Origin: Takakia lepidozioides
Taxonomy: Eukaryota > Plantae > Bryophyta
Reading direction: 5' to 3'
Assembly: GCA_030704615.1 (NCBI GenBank)
Contig: CM060731.1
Span: forward strand, 91,140,001-91,204,000
Length of the DNA: 64,000 bases
The notes beneath the pieces were generated by a model. That model was not told where the DNA came from. It did not search any database and saw nothing but the letters and a program-made list of their open reading frames with translations. Numbering within the stretch: position 1 is the first letter of the stretch; every line of letters starts with the position of its first letter. The position numbers and the translations under genes were made by a program. Below, piece after piece: positions 23,791 to 38,000 of the stretch.

Positions 23791-26700
23791 GTACAGGCGT
23801 GAAGTGAAGTTGAAGTTAGGTGCGGGAGAACCACATGCAGCAGTTTTTGTTTTTTCCACTAATCATGTTCCTTACAGACTCATGACTCTGGGCATTGTAT
23901 GGGCTGCGTTTTCCGGTGTTGTCTTAATACAATCGACGTGCTCTAAACATCATCTTTGTTTGTTCCCGTGCTTTTCTGCAATGGTGTGTGTATGTTCTGC
24001 ACTCCCAATCACTTAAAATTCAACACCAAATTGAACATGTATGAGCTACTCGGTTAACAAACAAATCACTGCTACTACCACGAGTGGTGGCTTCCCAACC
24101 AGCAGTCGATTTATATGACCAGCAGGGTAGTGCATTTCGAACCTCCTGTTGCTTTCACGACTTGTGAGTGGAGTTGACACTGCAGTATGTCACTCCTACA
24201 CTGTAGTTGTCGACTCCACTTGCAAGTGAGCTCGAGCAACTAACAGACGACCCACCGCATGGCGTGGCCTCCACCCTGCAATTGGCAACATCCACAATGC
24301 CACACGCGCCCCAGTCCGCAACCAGAAGTCCTGTTCAGTACCGCCAGATGTACTAAACAACTTGACAGGTTACCATGCAGCCGTTCAAACAACTCTCCAG
24401 TTAATTTCAACCACTAAAGGTTAGTGCTACTAGCGCTTGTGATCGCGACTATTCATCCGCGTTGTGCAATGCGGCGACGACACGTATCCTGCCCCCATGA
24501 CAACACGTGGCGTTTTGCCGCATAGCCACGCGGCCATATTTCTAGTGTCGTCGCCGTGGGAAGTCGCACCCCCCGGGTCAAAAGTCCACTTGGTCAAGGT
24601 CCAAGATTCAGTCAATGCCGCGCACGGCGCTGCCACATGGCCCCCCTACAAAAATTGAGCCGCAGTCGGCGGAACGACTGACCAAAACCACTCTGACCAT
24701 GTCATGACTGAAACGATTGGGCTGTCCGAAGAGACTAGTCTGTTGGCACTTCGAGTTGCCCAGTCATTTATGTCTCCAGTGACTCATTTTGCAGTCGTTT
24801 CTCCAGTCGTTAAATCAACGATTCCTTGAGATATACCTACACCACCAGTACAACATGAGCCACTACAGCCCACAGGAGGGGCACCTGCACATGAGGTAAA
24901 TGTTGTACCACTATCGAGCATTCAGGTAGCATCAGCTTTAGTTTCAGTGTATGATTTTTAGATCATGCCACTATGCAAACATGATGGGGAATGGCTCAAG
25001 TATTCAGATGAATACTTCATACTAATGAGCATTCCAACCCAACAGATTCCAGAGGTACTGGAAGAGGTATTCAAGTATCTTACCCCCTGCAAGTCATTAA
25101 GCCAGCTGCATATGCTCAACCAAAGGCTCATACCCCTGAGATACAAAATGCAGCCACTTGCAAAGGATGACACACTGTCTAGAACAAAATTGGTAGAATT
25201 CTTCTCCAAGCTCCTGAGGAGTACTAGGAGTTGGTGGCCTATATGTGGGCAGCGAGACAGTTGAAGATTAACCCCACCCCAATAGTTGATTTATGGGATG
25301 CCCAAGTACATTGGCAGCTATCTGTATAAGTTGTTAACCACACTACGCTCAAGTTGACAACGTTACAACATCATTGAGCAAGACACGAACTGGGATTTGC
25401 CCAAATTCCAACCACCAGAGCGAGTTCATGGCACCTCAGTACGTAGACATGCCCCTGTATGCTGAATTGTGGCGTTAGGCAATTGAACACTTCCGACCTT
25501 TGCACCTAGACGGAGACCACCCCTTGACAAACTCATGCCACCACGCGGTCAACTGATTGATAGGCAGAAAGCCAACCAAGGACATCGTTCCCTGGACAAA
25601 GGAGCACTACAACAGATTGTGGTTTTCACGTCTGCCACTTTTGGCCAGTCATGGCATATCCGTCTGCAAAATGCCAATTGCAGTCGTCAATGCCAATGGA
25701 GCTAGCCTGAAGTCATATACGTGACGACGTGACTCCTTGATCTGCGGATCTGCGGTCAAACACAGTTGACCAGATGCATTGAGATGGTTGATACGACTAC
25801 GACTCATATACATGTTTATGATTGGATGACATGTCATAGTCATGTATTACTACATGACTGTGATGCCATGTTGTACGGTATATATGACTAATAGTCATCT
25901 ATATGACTATGATTAGACGTGTCAAAAGCTTTATATTTCAAAGTTTGTTATGGTTATATACAATGAAACCACTTGTGTTATGCGTATATGTGTAATAGGT
26001 GTGTCACTGGTTAGTGTATAGTGATTTAATGATGCTATAATGCGGAGGTCTTAGGTTCAAATATGCATAGTCTAATAATGTGTGGGATGGTATGGGGTCA
26101 ATGGTCAATGGTCAATGGTCAACGCACATTTCAAATTTTGGACTGCCAAAATTCAAAATTCAGATTTTGAATTTGAATTTTGAATTTTTTTTAATCATAT
26201 GTTTAGATATCTTATGATTATCATGTCATCGCCACGTCAAGCTGACATGTTACAGTGGCCATCGAGCTTTGAAAAATCATCTTAAAGAAGAAGGGAGGCT
26301 CCTTCAATATGCCTACCTCCGTTGCTTTCTTAATCAACTCTTGTAGATAACTCGTGTTGCTCAAAGTAGTGGCGCCCGATGAACCTGCCCTGCCCGTACG
26401 ACCTACAACTCTCCATGCTCTCATCTTCATCATGATCAAGTCTGCAGTAACTTAAATCGAACTACTTGTCGGTGTCAAAGAGACATGTTGCGACACAGAG
26501 GTAGTATGTCGCACAATAGTAGCTGACAAAATCTTGCAAATTATGTCCCAGCCCTATTGCCATTCAACCTCAAAGGTTTGATGGACCAATATTATCGCAT
26601 GAATGGCTGGCTTCTTCATCTCTTAGGCTCAATAATATGCAAACATTGATGCTCAAGTAGTCTATCATACATAAAACTACTCTCTTCCTAGTTATGCAGC

Positions 26701-27169
26701 TAAACTTGCAAAGACAGCGATTAGACGATATGAGAATCCCAGTAAAGTAGAGCTGATTTTGGAAAGGGCTAAGGAGGATAGAAGGAAGCGGAAAGAGTTG
26801 GCAGCAACTGAGACAGGTAAATGGGTGCGGAAGTATGTATGTGATTCCGCGGAAGAGAGCGATGCAGACAATGAGGACGACACCCAACGGAGGTGAGATG
26901 GTCAGTTCCGCTTGGGATGGTCGAGCGCGGCCCCCATTTGTCTCGCTCGACAGCTCTCCTCATCCACTGGATGGAAATACGATGTTGCATTTCTCATCCA
27001 TGACTTTGGATGGATGAGGACCGGGGAAGAGATAGGCAAGGGCACGATCCAAATAAGCATAATTTGATTAATGTGAGAGGAAAAGGTTATTAATGGCAGG
27101 GGCCTCGGGAGGAGAGAGGGACAAGTGGGAGCAAACTGATGACGTGGCGACAAAATGTCATTCCAGTTA

Positions 27170-27760
27170 ATGGAAATGCGGTGCTGCATTTCCAGTGCTT
27201 GAGCAGAGGCCGACAGGTGGCCGCCCCGCCCATGGTCGCTTTATCATCTCTGTGGATGGAAATGCGGTGCTGCATCTCTCATCCATCGTGGATGGATGGA
27301 AGCTTCTGGAGAGGAGAGGCCGACAGGTGGCGGCCCCGTTGGTCGCTTTATCATCCCGGTGGATGGATGGATCCACTTTGGGAGGACAGGCCGACAGCTG
27401 GCGTAACCCCCGGTCGCTCTATCATCCAGGTGGATGGAAATGTGGCGCCGCATTTCTCATCCACCGGGGATGGATGCATGTGCGTCGGGAGGAGAGGATG
27501 ACAAGTGGCGGCCCACTTGCGACTCTCATTATCATCCCGGTGGATGGAAATGCGGTGCCGCATTTCTCATCCACCACCAATGGATGGATGCGCCATGGAA
27601 GGAGGGGCCGACAGGTGGTGGCCCCTTTGGTCGTTTTTTCATCCTCATAGATGGAAATGCGGCGCCGCATTTCCATAAACCGGGGATGATTAGAAAAAAA
27701 CAAAAAAAAAACAAAAAAAACACATTATTTTTTCACCCCCGGTGGATGAAAATGCGGCAC
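27170..27760. repeat. Variant palindrome array GGATGGAAATGCGGYGCCGCATTTCTCATCC at ~90-110 bp spacing
   Basis: Copies near 27172, 27258, 27436, 27546, 27653 and 27748, with recurring GGCCGACAGGTGGC spacers. Confidence 0.85.
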
Positions 27761-27805
27761 TAGTATTGCGGTCATTCTGTGTCCGGTTTTGTGAGGACAC
27801 AGGGT

Positions 27806-28240
27806 CTATGCATTGGGAAAACAAGTGCACAGATTATTCGAGGTGGATTCATGCATCTTTCTACTCAACAGACTCGTCAACATGTATGCCAAATGTAGAA
27901 GCTGCATGGCAGATGCCCGCCTAGCATTTGACAAAATGCCTGTGCTAGATGGATTTACATGGACTATTATGATGGTAGGAAATGTGAAGCATGGTTGTAG
28001 TAGAGAGGCTTTTGAGATCTGTGAACAAATGATACGGGAAGTGGTGGCGCCCAACAGGCTCACATTCATTTGCATTGTCAATTCATCCATGCTGACAATA
28101 TCAAAGCTTGTATATTGTCGGATATCATTCTAGAGACTACGCTCGTCGGCAAGTTTGTCAAGTGCGGAGCTTAAAGGATGCCCGACAAGTGTTTGACAAC
28201 ATGGCTCAACGAAATATGGTCTCATGGGGTCGATGGCTAC
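27806..28240 (+). pseudogene. PLS-class pentatricopeptide repeat (PPR) gene fragment
   Basis: GKQVH..LLNRLVNMYAKC..DARLAFDKMP..DGFTWTIMM..PNRLTF; then frameshifted LKDARQVFDNMAQRNMVSW. Confidence 0.8.
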
Positions 28241-29064
28241 GAGGCTACATCACGAACAATGCTTACGAATACCTTCTCCCTCTGGATCTGTTAGACCATA
28301 ATCAGAGGACTCAACACCTCCATGAAAATCTGTTCAGCCAGTCCCAAAAGCTTCAGACAGCTCAAGAAGTTAATTTTGGTGTTTTTGGGCAGTACGGGCA
28401 AGTTTCAAAAGAAATTGACGTTGCTGACAAAACGAGGCACTGTGGCCCCCTATCCCCGCTCTATGGTAAACTGGTCTCCGACCTTCAGTCGTCACTAGAA
28501 TTTAATAGTGAAACCGAGGTAAGAGGGGGTGGGGAGGATTTGACAGCCCCTCCCCCCCCCCCAAGGAGCCCAGGCTGCGGGAACCAGGCGAAAGTACCGT
28601 CAGATGGCACGAGTGCATTAAGTTCTTTCCTCATTTCTATTATCTTCCAGTGCTGCATGAACCCACCAAAAAAGGAAAAGAAAAAGACTCTAGCTTGCGT
28701 AGGCCCGCTAGGTTACACAAAACTCGAGGCGCACGTGCCAGCAGGGTGCCTATGTGCTTCTTTTAGAATTCGGATTGATCCACGCAACTCTACAGCTCCG
28801 TAAGGTGGATGCGGACCTTCGAGATTTTTCTGCGAAACCTGTAGCCAACAACAACAGTTGTTAGAGGTCGACATTTTGGCAGGCGCAGAATATTTGTTGT
28901 GAGAGATCCTTTCGCCTCTGTATATCTGATTAGAGACGCCGCGATCGAACTTTTTCTGGATTCTTGTTCGCTCTCCCTCTGTTGGGTTCCTGTCATACCC
29001 GCAACCGTCAATTCAGAACTCCTATCGGGCTCCAGGCTGTTGGTGCTGGGATTGCCCGGCTCCA

Positions 29065-32000
29065 ATGGTAAGAGTTTCTTCACTACTCGGCTGTCTCACC
29101 AAATCCGGTGATGCTTTTGAATCATTACTTGAACGACAGTTTCTGAAGCGTTGGAATAACCCAGGTGCATCATTGCGAGTTGTTATATCATGCTCTCTCG
29201 CGGAGTTTACGGTCGAGGCTGATGCAATGATAGGGTTTACTCCGTGGTATTACGGATGTATAAATCAGGATTGCAAGCGTATGCATTGTGTTCTTCCAAC
29301 TTTTATTTTCTGGTGATAGACCCACCCAGGCTGTTGCGGATTTCTGAGCCCGAGGGAGAGAGATGTATGGACCTTTATCTTAATTGTCGATGCTGATGAT
29401 CGGACTGGTAACTTGATCGTATGTGCAGTCAACGCTAGCAGCAGCAAGGGCTGATAACTTCTATTACCCACCAGAATGGACACCAGAGCAGGTAAAGCCT
29501 CAGGGTTTGGCAGCTGACATTTGTTTTTAATTTCATGAAGGGGCCTAATTGCAGCATATGTTTAAGTTTAGTGACAGTTATAGATAATTCACTCCTGCAA
29601 ACCCTGGTTTGAGATGCAGTGACGTTGTCTCCAACAGTGGAACTTGCCTATGTATTTATTGCTGCCGTCTTACTTACATTCTCCTCCTTTGGTGTGGTAC
29701 AGGGATCCCTAAACAAGTTCCATGGACAACATGCCTTGCGGGAGCGAGCAAAGAAGATCGACCAGGGCATTTTGGTCATGCGGTATGTTCTGGATCTCCA
29801 AATCACAGAGTAGGAACCGCAGTTTGCAGGCCTTAAAATTGATTGGAGGGTGATACTACTATGTCAGGGTTAGGTTATGGCATGCATTGATTTGGCTCAG
29901 GGGTTTGGCAAATTGTTGGATGTACGGGAGCCAGTTTCGAGATGCCATTCAATATCTGGTGTGCGGGTTGCCATTCCATGATCGCCAAAGGTGTACGCTT
30001 TAATGCAGAGAAGAAGCAAGTAGGCAACTATTACTCCTCCAAGGTAAGTGTTCCTGCCCTATTGTACTTCTCACTTTTGGTTTGTTATAGTGTTAGACAC
30101 AATTTTCTAACTAAGATCTTCTGCAGGAAGGAGGACACGACCACCAGCAATATCAAGTCCCTAGTATGAGTTTTGGAGAAGTGGATTGGCATCTTTTTGG
30201 ATGCTTTTCTGACAGTTAGGGTAGTCCTGCCTGATGGGGCGTATATCATGAGCCAGCTTAGCCTAGGTGCGATTTGGGCTTTTTGGGTGTGTCTATTAGC
30301 AGACACAAGCCCCTGGGATCACCTGACCTGCCCTGGGTTTATGTTACAGTGGGAAACCTGCTTTTCCTGCTTCCGAATGAATTGTGTCATTGATCAGAGC
30401 TGTCTGTAATGTACGCCGTTACCTTAGTCCATCACCATCATGCTGTCTGGGTATAATTGGATACAGATATGGAGTTTCAAGATGAAAGCAGCGTGTTGCA
30501 AGCAGGAGATAGAGATCCAAACAGATCCCAAGAACTGTGAGTACAATGTTGTGAGTGGAGCTGTGAAAAAAGCAGAGGATTTTGATGAAATGGATGCTGA
30601 GACAATCGTTCTGCTTGCTGATGAAGGTATGCATTCACATTCAGTCTCACTAATACACATAGAATAAGTTTTGCATGAGCTTTCTGCTCCAACACCAGAT
30701 TTCCTTTGCTTCATTGTGGGAGTTGCCAGTGGGCATCATGCGTACAGTAGAGTTAACACACCGTTGTGATTGTTGCATGTCACGTTATCATGATGTCAAG
30801 ACAGTTTTAAAGGAAAACTTTGATTGGGTGAATGTGGTAGTTATTGCCAGATCCTACTCATAAGTGTGATGCTGAAATGAACATGCTGACTGTTTTGATT
30901 AGGTTTTCCTGCTGAGTGCTAGCTGAGTTGTCCCACTGCCTCCTGAAGGTGACAGAAAATCAGTGCGTAGGTTTGTTTGAGAATGTACTCATAAGACGTT
31001 GTTTGCCGTAGCCTTGTGGCCATTGACCCTGTGCCCAGTTTGAGCGGAACACAAAGGGACAGAACCTACCTTTGTCAGGGGCTGACGTCGGTAGTAAGAC
31101 TTACCTTGAAATAAACAATTGATCCGGGTTTTCCAGATATCCTCTAGAAATTCCTTCACACACGCATCAATCTGCTGTGTGTGGTTTGTCCAATAACTAG
31201 GCCCCAAAAGGGCCTGGGCTTTTGGCTCAGCCTCGAGACTTTCAAAGTTGGTAAACAGAGGTACAGGCACAATTCCCTTGATAGATTTGAGGAGAGCGTC
31301 TCTCTGGTGAGAGAACCCGGGACAGTGAATCAGAAAATGAATTCTGTCTTCAGGTTGCCCACACAACGGGCAATTGCACTCTCCCTTTCCTCTCTGCTTC
31401 TGTTTGCTGTTCCAAGGTAGGCTTCCCGCCCTGAGTTTAAATTTTTCAGTCTAGTGCCCAGAGTGGGTAGACCCTTGAGGTCATCCATGATGTCCTCCCC
31501 CATGTCACAGACTGGAAACAAGTTCAGGGAAGTTTTCTGCCTAACTTCATTTCATCAGACAATTTCCTGGGAACAGACATGGCTTTGGACACTACAGCCT
31601 CTAAGTCAGTATCCAGCAGGGTTGAGACTTTCCTGTTTCCAAGATATAGAGTCGATTAACTTAGGATATCTGATGTTGGCCGTATGTTGCAGCTGACCCC
31701 ACCATCTGACCTTGAATTCATCTCGTCAGGAGCTTAAGGAGGGGATGCCAAACTCACCCTGAACAGCCACATTGGCTGTTTTGGAGCATGCTGACATGCA
31801 CTCCTTAAGCACCCCCTCTTGAATGGATTCTAGAGACAGCCTGGTTGGAGTTATCAACCCATACTGCAGATGCGTACTCCAAGGCAGGTCTAATAACGCG
31901 ACAAAGCATGGTTTTCTTGACCTCAGAGTTGATCCCTCTGCAGGTTTGTTTGAGACTAGTATTATGTGTGATCTACACCCACTGTCAGGAGCTGATGAGG

Positions 32001-35000
32001 TCACCGGGGAGTGGTGGAGGCTTGTCACTGCCACAATGACGAGGTTGATGGTTTGAGACTTTGTGATTGACAACACAATGTTAAGACTGCAACTCTATGT
32101 TGGGCTACTCTAGGTCTTAACTTGGACTGGTGCAAAATCTGTTTGAGTTTCTTGTTAATGCCTGCATGGAGTTGGCACTCAGTACCTACCTAGATCACTT
32201 CTGAGAATGTTCACCATCCAAGTAGTAACCAGCTGGTACTTCAAGGAAAATGTTCAGGGTGTAGGAGGGCCCTTAAGCTACCCTTCCAGCGAACCTCTTT
32301 GAGAAGTTTTACTCAAATGTTTGCTTTCTCAGGACAAGCTAAAGTGAAATTCCGGGTCCTACTTTATAAGTGTTATGCTTAAGTGAAGACGCTGACTGTT
32401 TGAATTCTTACCTGCTGAGTGGTAACTGACATCATGGCTGAGTGTATCCACCACCACTTCCGGAAAAGTAGCAGAACTCAGTATGGAGATTTCATAAGGT
32501 ATGCCCATGAATTTGAGTGTAGTGTATGTGATCTACACCCACTGTAGGGAGCTGATAATTCAGGAGTGGTGGCAGCTTGGTGCTGCCCACACATGATGAA
32601 GACTTTGTGATTGACAGCACAATGTTCACCCTGCAACTCTATGGCATTTTAACTGGGGTACCTTTTGGTGTCTTTGTGGAGCTGTTAATCTGTACTTGCA
32701 TAGATGAATATGGTGGTGGAGGTGGGAACAGTAGTACTTTGATGTTTAGAAGGCAGACAACCTGTACTGTGTTCTACAGTAGTTCCCTATAGAATCGGGC
32801 AAAAGCATGCAGCAGGAGAAAAATGCAGAAACACAATTTGTGATTGACTTACAATTGTACAGACAGGGGTAAACTGGCTGATCCTTTCTACCGGTTGGAG
32901 CACATGGGGGAGGATGCTGCAAAGGGCAAAGAGGCAGCTCCATGTCTTGTAAGACTGCAGCGGTCATCGCATCTGAAGCATAGTGACAACTACTCCAGAA
33001 ACAAGGCTCTTCGAGCTGAGCTAAGGGTATGCTTTTCTATTCTGTCTCCAATTGCTCTGTGTTCCCACATTGAGAGAAAGCACAACTATGGCACACACTA
33101 ATTGTCACAGAGAAATCTACATGCAGTGCGACCTATGAAGTGAAGATGCCTATGATTCCAGGGGTTTATGATGTTGGTTGTATGATATTAGTATGCCCTC
33201 AATAAGCAGGTTACTGCAATTTGTGTTCCTGGTGCGCTGGCACAGGCCCCCCTTGACTGGTACTTGCCGCCATATAACTCCTCACCCTGCAGAGGGTAGG
33301 TAGGCCCTTCAGGTCATCTTTATGGTCCTGACCCATGTCACAGACTGGAAACAAGTTCAGGGAGGTTAAATATCTAATTTCGTTATTGAAAGAGAGAGAG
33401 AGTGTACTCATATAAGACTTTTTTTGCCGTAGCCTAGAGAGAGGGAGAGAAAGAATTGAGACTTTGTCTGCCGTAGCCTTCTGATCGTTGTCCCACACCC
33501 AGTTCGGGCAGAACAAGAGGGAACAGACACTACGTGAGGGTCTCACTACAGTAGTGACGCATGCCTACTATTGGTTTGGGCTTTGCAGATTTCCTCTAGA
33601 ATCCCTTCACACAAGCATCAATTTGCTGTGTGTGAGCTGCCCAGCAATTAGACCTCAATAGAGCCAGGGCTTTTAAGCCCAGCCTCGAGATTTTGGAAGT
33701 TGGTGAACCGTAGGTGCAGGGACTATGTTCTTGATGGTCCTGGAGAGGGTCGCTCTCTGATGAGAATAACCCAGACATTGTATCAGAATTTCAGGCTGGC
33801 CGCACATGGGGCTTTGACAATCTACCTTTCCTCTCTGCATCTGTTTATTGTTCAGGGTAGACTCCCTACCCTGAGTTGAAATATCAGTCTAGTGCTGAGG
33901 GTAGGGTAGGCCCATCCTTAAGGGTCTCACCCATGTCACAGACTGGAAACAAGTTCAGGGAAGTTTTATGCCTACGTTTGTTAGAGAGAGAGAATGTACT
34001 CATAAGACATTGTTTGCGGAAGCCTTGTGGCCATAGACCTGCGCCTAATTTGGGTAGAAGAAAAGGGGAACAGATACTACCTTTGTGAGGGGCTCACTCC
34101 GGTAGTGGGACTTAAGTTGGTATAAACAATCAGTTCAGGCTCTCCAGATATCCTGTAGAAAGCCCTTCACACAAGCATGAATCTGCTGTGTGTGAGCTGC
34201 CCAGCAATTAGACCCCAACAGGCCCAGGGATTTAGGCTTAGCCTTGAGAATTTTAAAGTTTGTGAACAGAGGTGCAGGAACCATATTCTTGATGTTCCTG
34301 GAGAGGGTCACTCTCTGGCGAGGATACCTAGGACAATGTATCAGAAAATGGATATGTCGCAGGCTGCTCGCACATCGGGCAATTACAATCCCCTTCCCTC
34401 TCTGCACGTGTTTTTGGTTCAAAGGTAGGCTCCCCACCGTAGGTTAAATTTCAGTTTAGTGCCAAGGGTTGGTAGGCCCTTCAGATCATCCTTAATGTCC
34501 TTGCCCACGTCACAGACTGGAAATAAGTTCAGGGAAGTTTTATGCCTAACTTCATTTTCATCGGACAGTCTTCAGGCATCTGACATGGCTTTAGACATTA
34601 CAACCACCAGGTCAGCTTCATCTAGCAGGTGAAATCTTCTGGGCTAATACTCAGATACTTGAAGATCTCTTCTACCCTTTCCGCCAGGACTCGGCCTGTT
34701 TAACAGGACGGTCTTACTTCCAAGAAATAGAGTCGATTATCTTAGGGTATCTGGTATTAGACATGCGATTCAACTGACCCCCTGACCTTGAACCCATCAC
34801 GTTGAGAGCTTAAGGGAGGTATGCCAATCTCACCCTGGACAGCCATGTTAGCTGTTCTAGAGCACTCCGACATGCTCACTTTGAGCACTGCAACCTGAAT
34901 GGATTCTAGAGATTTAGTGTGGTTGGAGTTGTCAAGCACGTGCGTACTCCAAGACAGGCTTAGTAACATTGCGAAGCATGGTCCTGTTAACTTGAGTATT

Positions 35001-38000
35001 AATCCCTCTGCAGTGGAAAATTTTAGTGAGACCCAAGCTTTGCATTTTGCTGCTTGAACCACTTTCTGTTGGCGCCCCAGTTGCAACGGGAGGAAAACTC
35101 AACACCAATATGTGTAGGAAGGGAGCACAGGGATCTCTTAACCTCCCCATGTCCATTTGATATCCCCTTCTCCCTCCCCACAGTCATGAAAGCCACCACT
35201 GCGCATTTACTAACATTGGCTTCTAACCTCCACAGTCAAAGCACCTCTTCTCGCAATCAATCAACTCCTGAAGATTGGATGGGGTATCCCCTAGGCCTTC
35301 TAAGTCATCCACAAACATAAGAGCTGGAATGGTGGCATCACCCACTTTTAACCCAAACCCCTGACTTTCCACATCTTCAAGTAGCTTATTAATGAAAACA
35401 TTGAAGAGCAGTGGGGAGAGGGTACAGCCTATAGCTACATCTTGGTCAATATCAAAGCCGTAGAGGCCTGGCCTTCATGAAAATACCTCTAGACTCCTTG
35501 AGACGGGAACATGCTGTAGGAGCCGCCAGCCACATGGGCTCAGCCATCGCTGGGGTAGCTCTCTACAGCTCAGTCATGCATCCCTGTGGGCTGACATCCT
35601 TGCACAGGGAGCATGCTAATCTTCTCTGTATTGTTCCAATTTTATCGCATGTCTCCGAAGCCTACAAAATAGCTTGCCAAATGCGTCAAGTAGTGTGATG
35701 CTGCAATAGTTCCCAGGCTCTTCTCTGTTGCCTTTCTTATAACTGATTGACCATGACACCCTCTCTCCAACAAAAGGGAATCATTGCAGTTTTAAATAAG
35801 GTTAAAGAGAAGGGCAAGCGCCTCTAACATAGGATTGCCACCATGCTTGATTAGCTCATGGACAAAGCTATCAGGCCCACCTGTAATCTCAGAAGAAGTC
35901 ATGGGCGGCATTGGTGATATCCTCCAGTTCATCAGGGCTGTCTTGGAATACAGGAACTGTTTATACTGTATCCTTCTATTCTTTAGAGGACCCCTCACTA
36001 TTAGTGGTAGATTTGCGGCCAAGAAGGCTATAGTGTGTCTCAACCAAGCAGAAAAACCTGCCCTTGGTTGGATCCTTGGCTGCTTAGCTTTCCTTTTCTG
36101 TTGTCTTGTAAAGAAGTGAAACGGTCTCACCTAGTTTTGTCATTCATAGCCATGCACACCCAACCATAGTTAGTGTCAAGCTATGGAATACGAGGCTTAA
36201 AAAGCTTAACAACTGTCATATCTAGATAGTAATCATAACGTAGACCATCTTTGGACTATTGGGAAGTGGATGGGAGGATGGCAGCCAGAAAAACCCCATG
36301 TTTGGGTTTCCCAATTCCGACACAAAGCATTCACTGCAGTAGACCAAACCAAGAAGGCAGTGTGCACTTACCAGATCATGTTGAATGTATACGCATATAC
36401 TCCTGCTTGTTGCTGCTACAGAACCTAGCTCAATATATGCATTAAAGAGTCCCTTAACAAATGCCATGTTAGTTCAGTAGGCACCTTCATGGAGGCATCC
36501 TTCACTTTGCCATACCCCAACATGTTTCAGAAGGTAGTTTCTAACACTCTACAGGAGCTCATGGTTAGAATTCTGTAGCCATCAAGCAAAAGTAATAGAA
36601 CATACAGTATGAGCTGTTTTTCAAATTGATTAGTCTCTATATATTGACTTGCAACCACACAAGTTGTAGGCTGATTACAGCTTAGTTTGTTCCCGTTGTA
36701 CATGAGAATAGAGATGGATTGTTACTCAAGCCCATAGATGACAACCAAGTCTATGGCATGAGAGTGCACCTAAATGTTTGTTGTGAACACCACTATTTGA
36801 CAAAGAATACATGCTTGCCCTGTTGTAGCCTTTGTGAATGTGGGTGTATCTTAGAGCCTGGAGAAGACTGAGAAGCCATACTGTCCCCTCCACTCTTCTC
36901 ATCATACTTACTGCTCTATGGAATAAGAGAGACCAGATGTGATGCGCTCCAGGGCAGCCTTGTGTACTTGAGAGTGCAATTTGCAGCCCTAATGGTATTT
37001 CGTTCTCTATGAAGAGCACAATGCAGCTCTTAGCTCCATTCCGTTAGCTTAGGAAGAGCACGGCACTTTAATGAGCAAAGATACTTACCATATGTCACTA
37101 TAGCCATCGTCACTCTCGAATTGTGCACCTATTAATGGGTATTAGTGGATTTCTTAGAAATTCCCGAAATCCGGATGTAAGAAGGGTTTGTGGATGATCA
37201 CAAAAGTTCATACTTCTAATCATGATTAAGACAGAGATCAGGATGAGGCACACAAACAAGGTAAAAGACTTTCTCAGAAAAGGGACCAAGATTGTGAGAG
37301 AGATAAGTTCAAGTCTTCAGGATTGTAAGTCGCGGAGATTTGCTTATAGGATGGTAAACAATGTAGTCGTTTATATACTGAGAGGCACTCTAGTTGTGTC
37401 AAAAGCCTGCATGACACCCATCCAGCCTGATCAGTCCACCATTGTAGTGACAAGTTTGCAGATAATGCAAAGGCTGCAAGAGCAAATTATGGCCATGACA
37501 TGAACATCGCAAAAACTTGTAATCTGCAGAATAGAGCACAATTTTGTTTGTAAAAGCTATGTGCAACAATCCTGTAGAGTGGAACTTGTTACTGAGATGT
37601 GTTATCTTCTTTCTTCCAGGCTCAAAAGAAACGAGTCACAATGGAGGAAGCAGAGGCAAGGAAGAAGGGACTGGGCATTCGCCTGCTACCAGCCTCACAA
37701 GATGATGTGGATCAAGCTGCCAATGTCAAGTTCGTACAAAAGTTCGATATCAATGTTCGGAACAGGCGTGCCGCTATCCATGCTGCCCCCATCTTCTCTT
37801 GCAGTCCCAGAAAGCGACCCCGTGAGTCTGTCCCAACTCCGACTTCCGACCTGAAGCTGGACCTCCTGGCCAAGAGACGGAAAGTGAATGCTGCAGGTGT
37901 TTGGGACTTGATTTGTAGCAACTTTAAGCCTTTGTCAAGGAGTGTTGTGGTGGATAAGGACTTACTTCCTTTGACCAAATCATCGGTGAAGATCAAGTTG

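Noticed and set aside
24840-25900. Possible decayed LINE or gene fragments
   Set aside because: No motif was recognisable with confidence.
35596-35660. Functional canonical U6 gene
   Set aside because: It lacks the first nucleotides, the U6 3' region and an upstream USE/TATA, and it is embedded in LINE RT.
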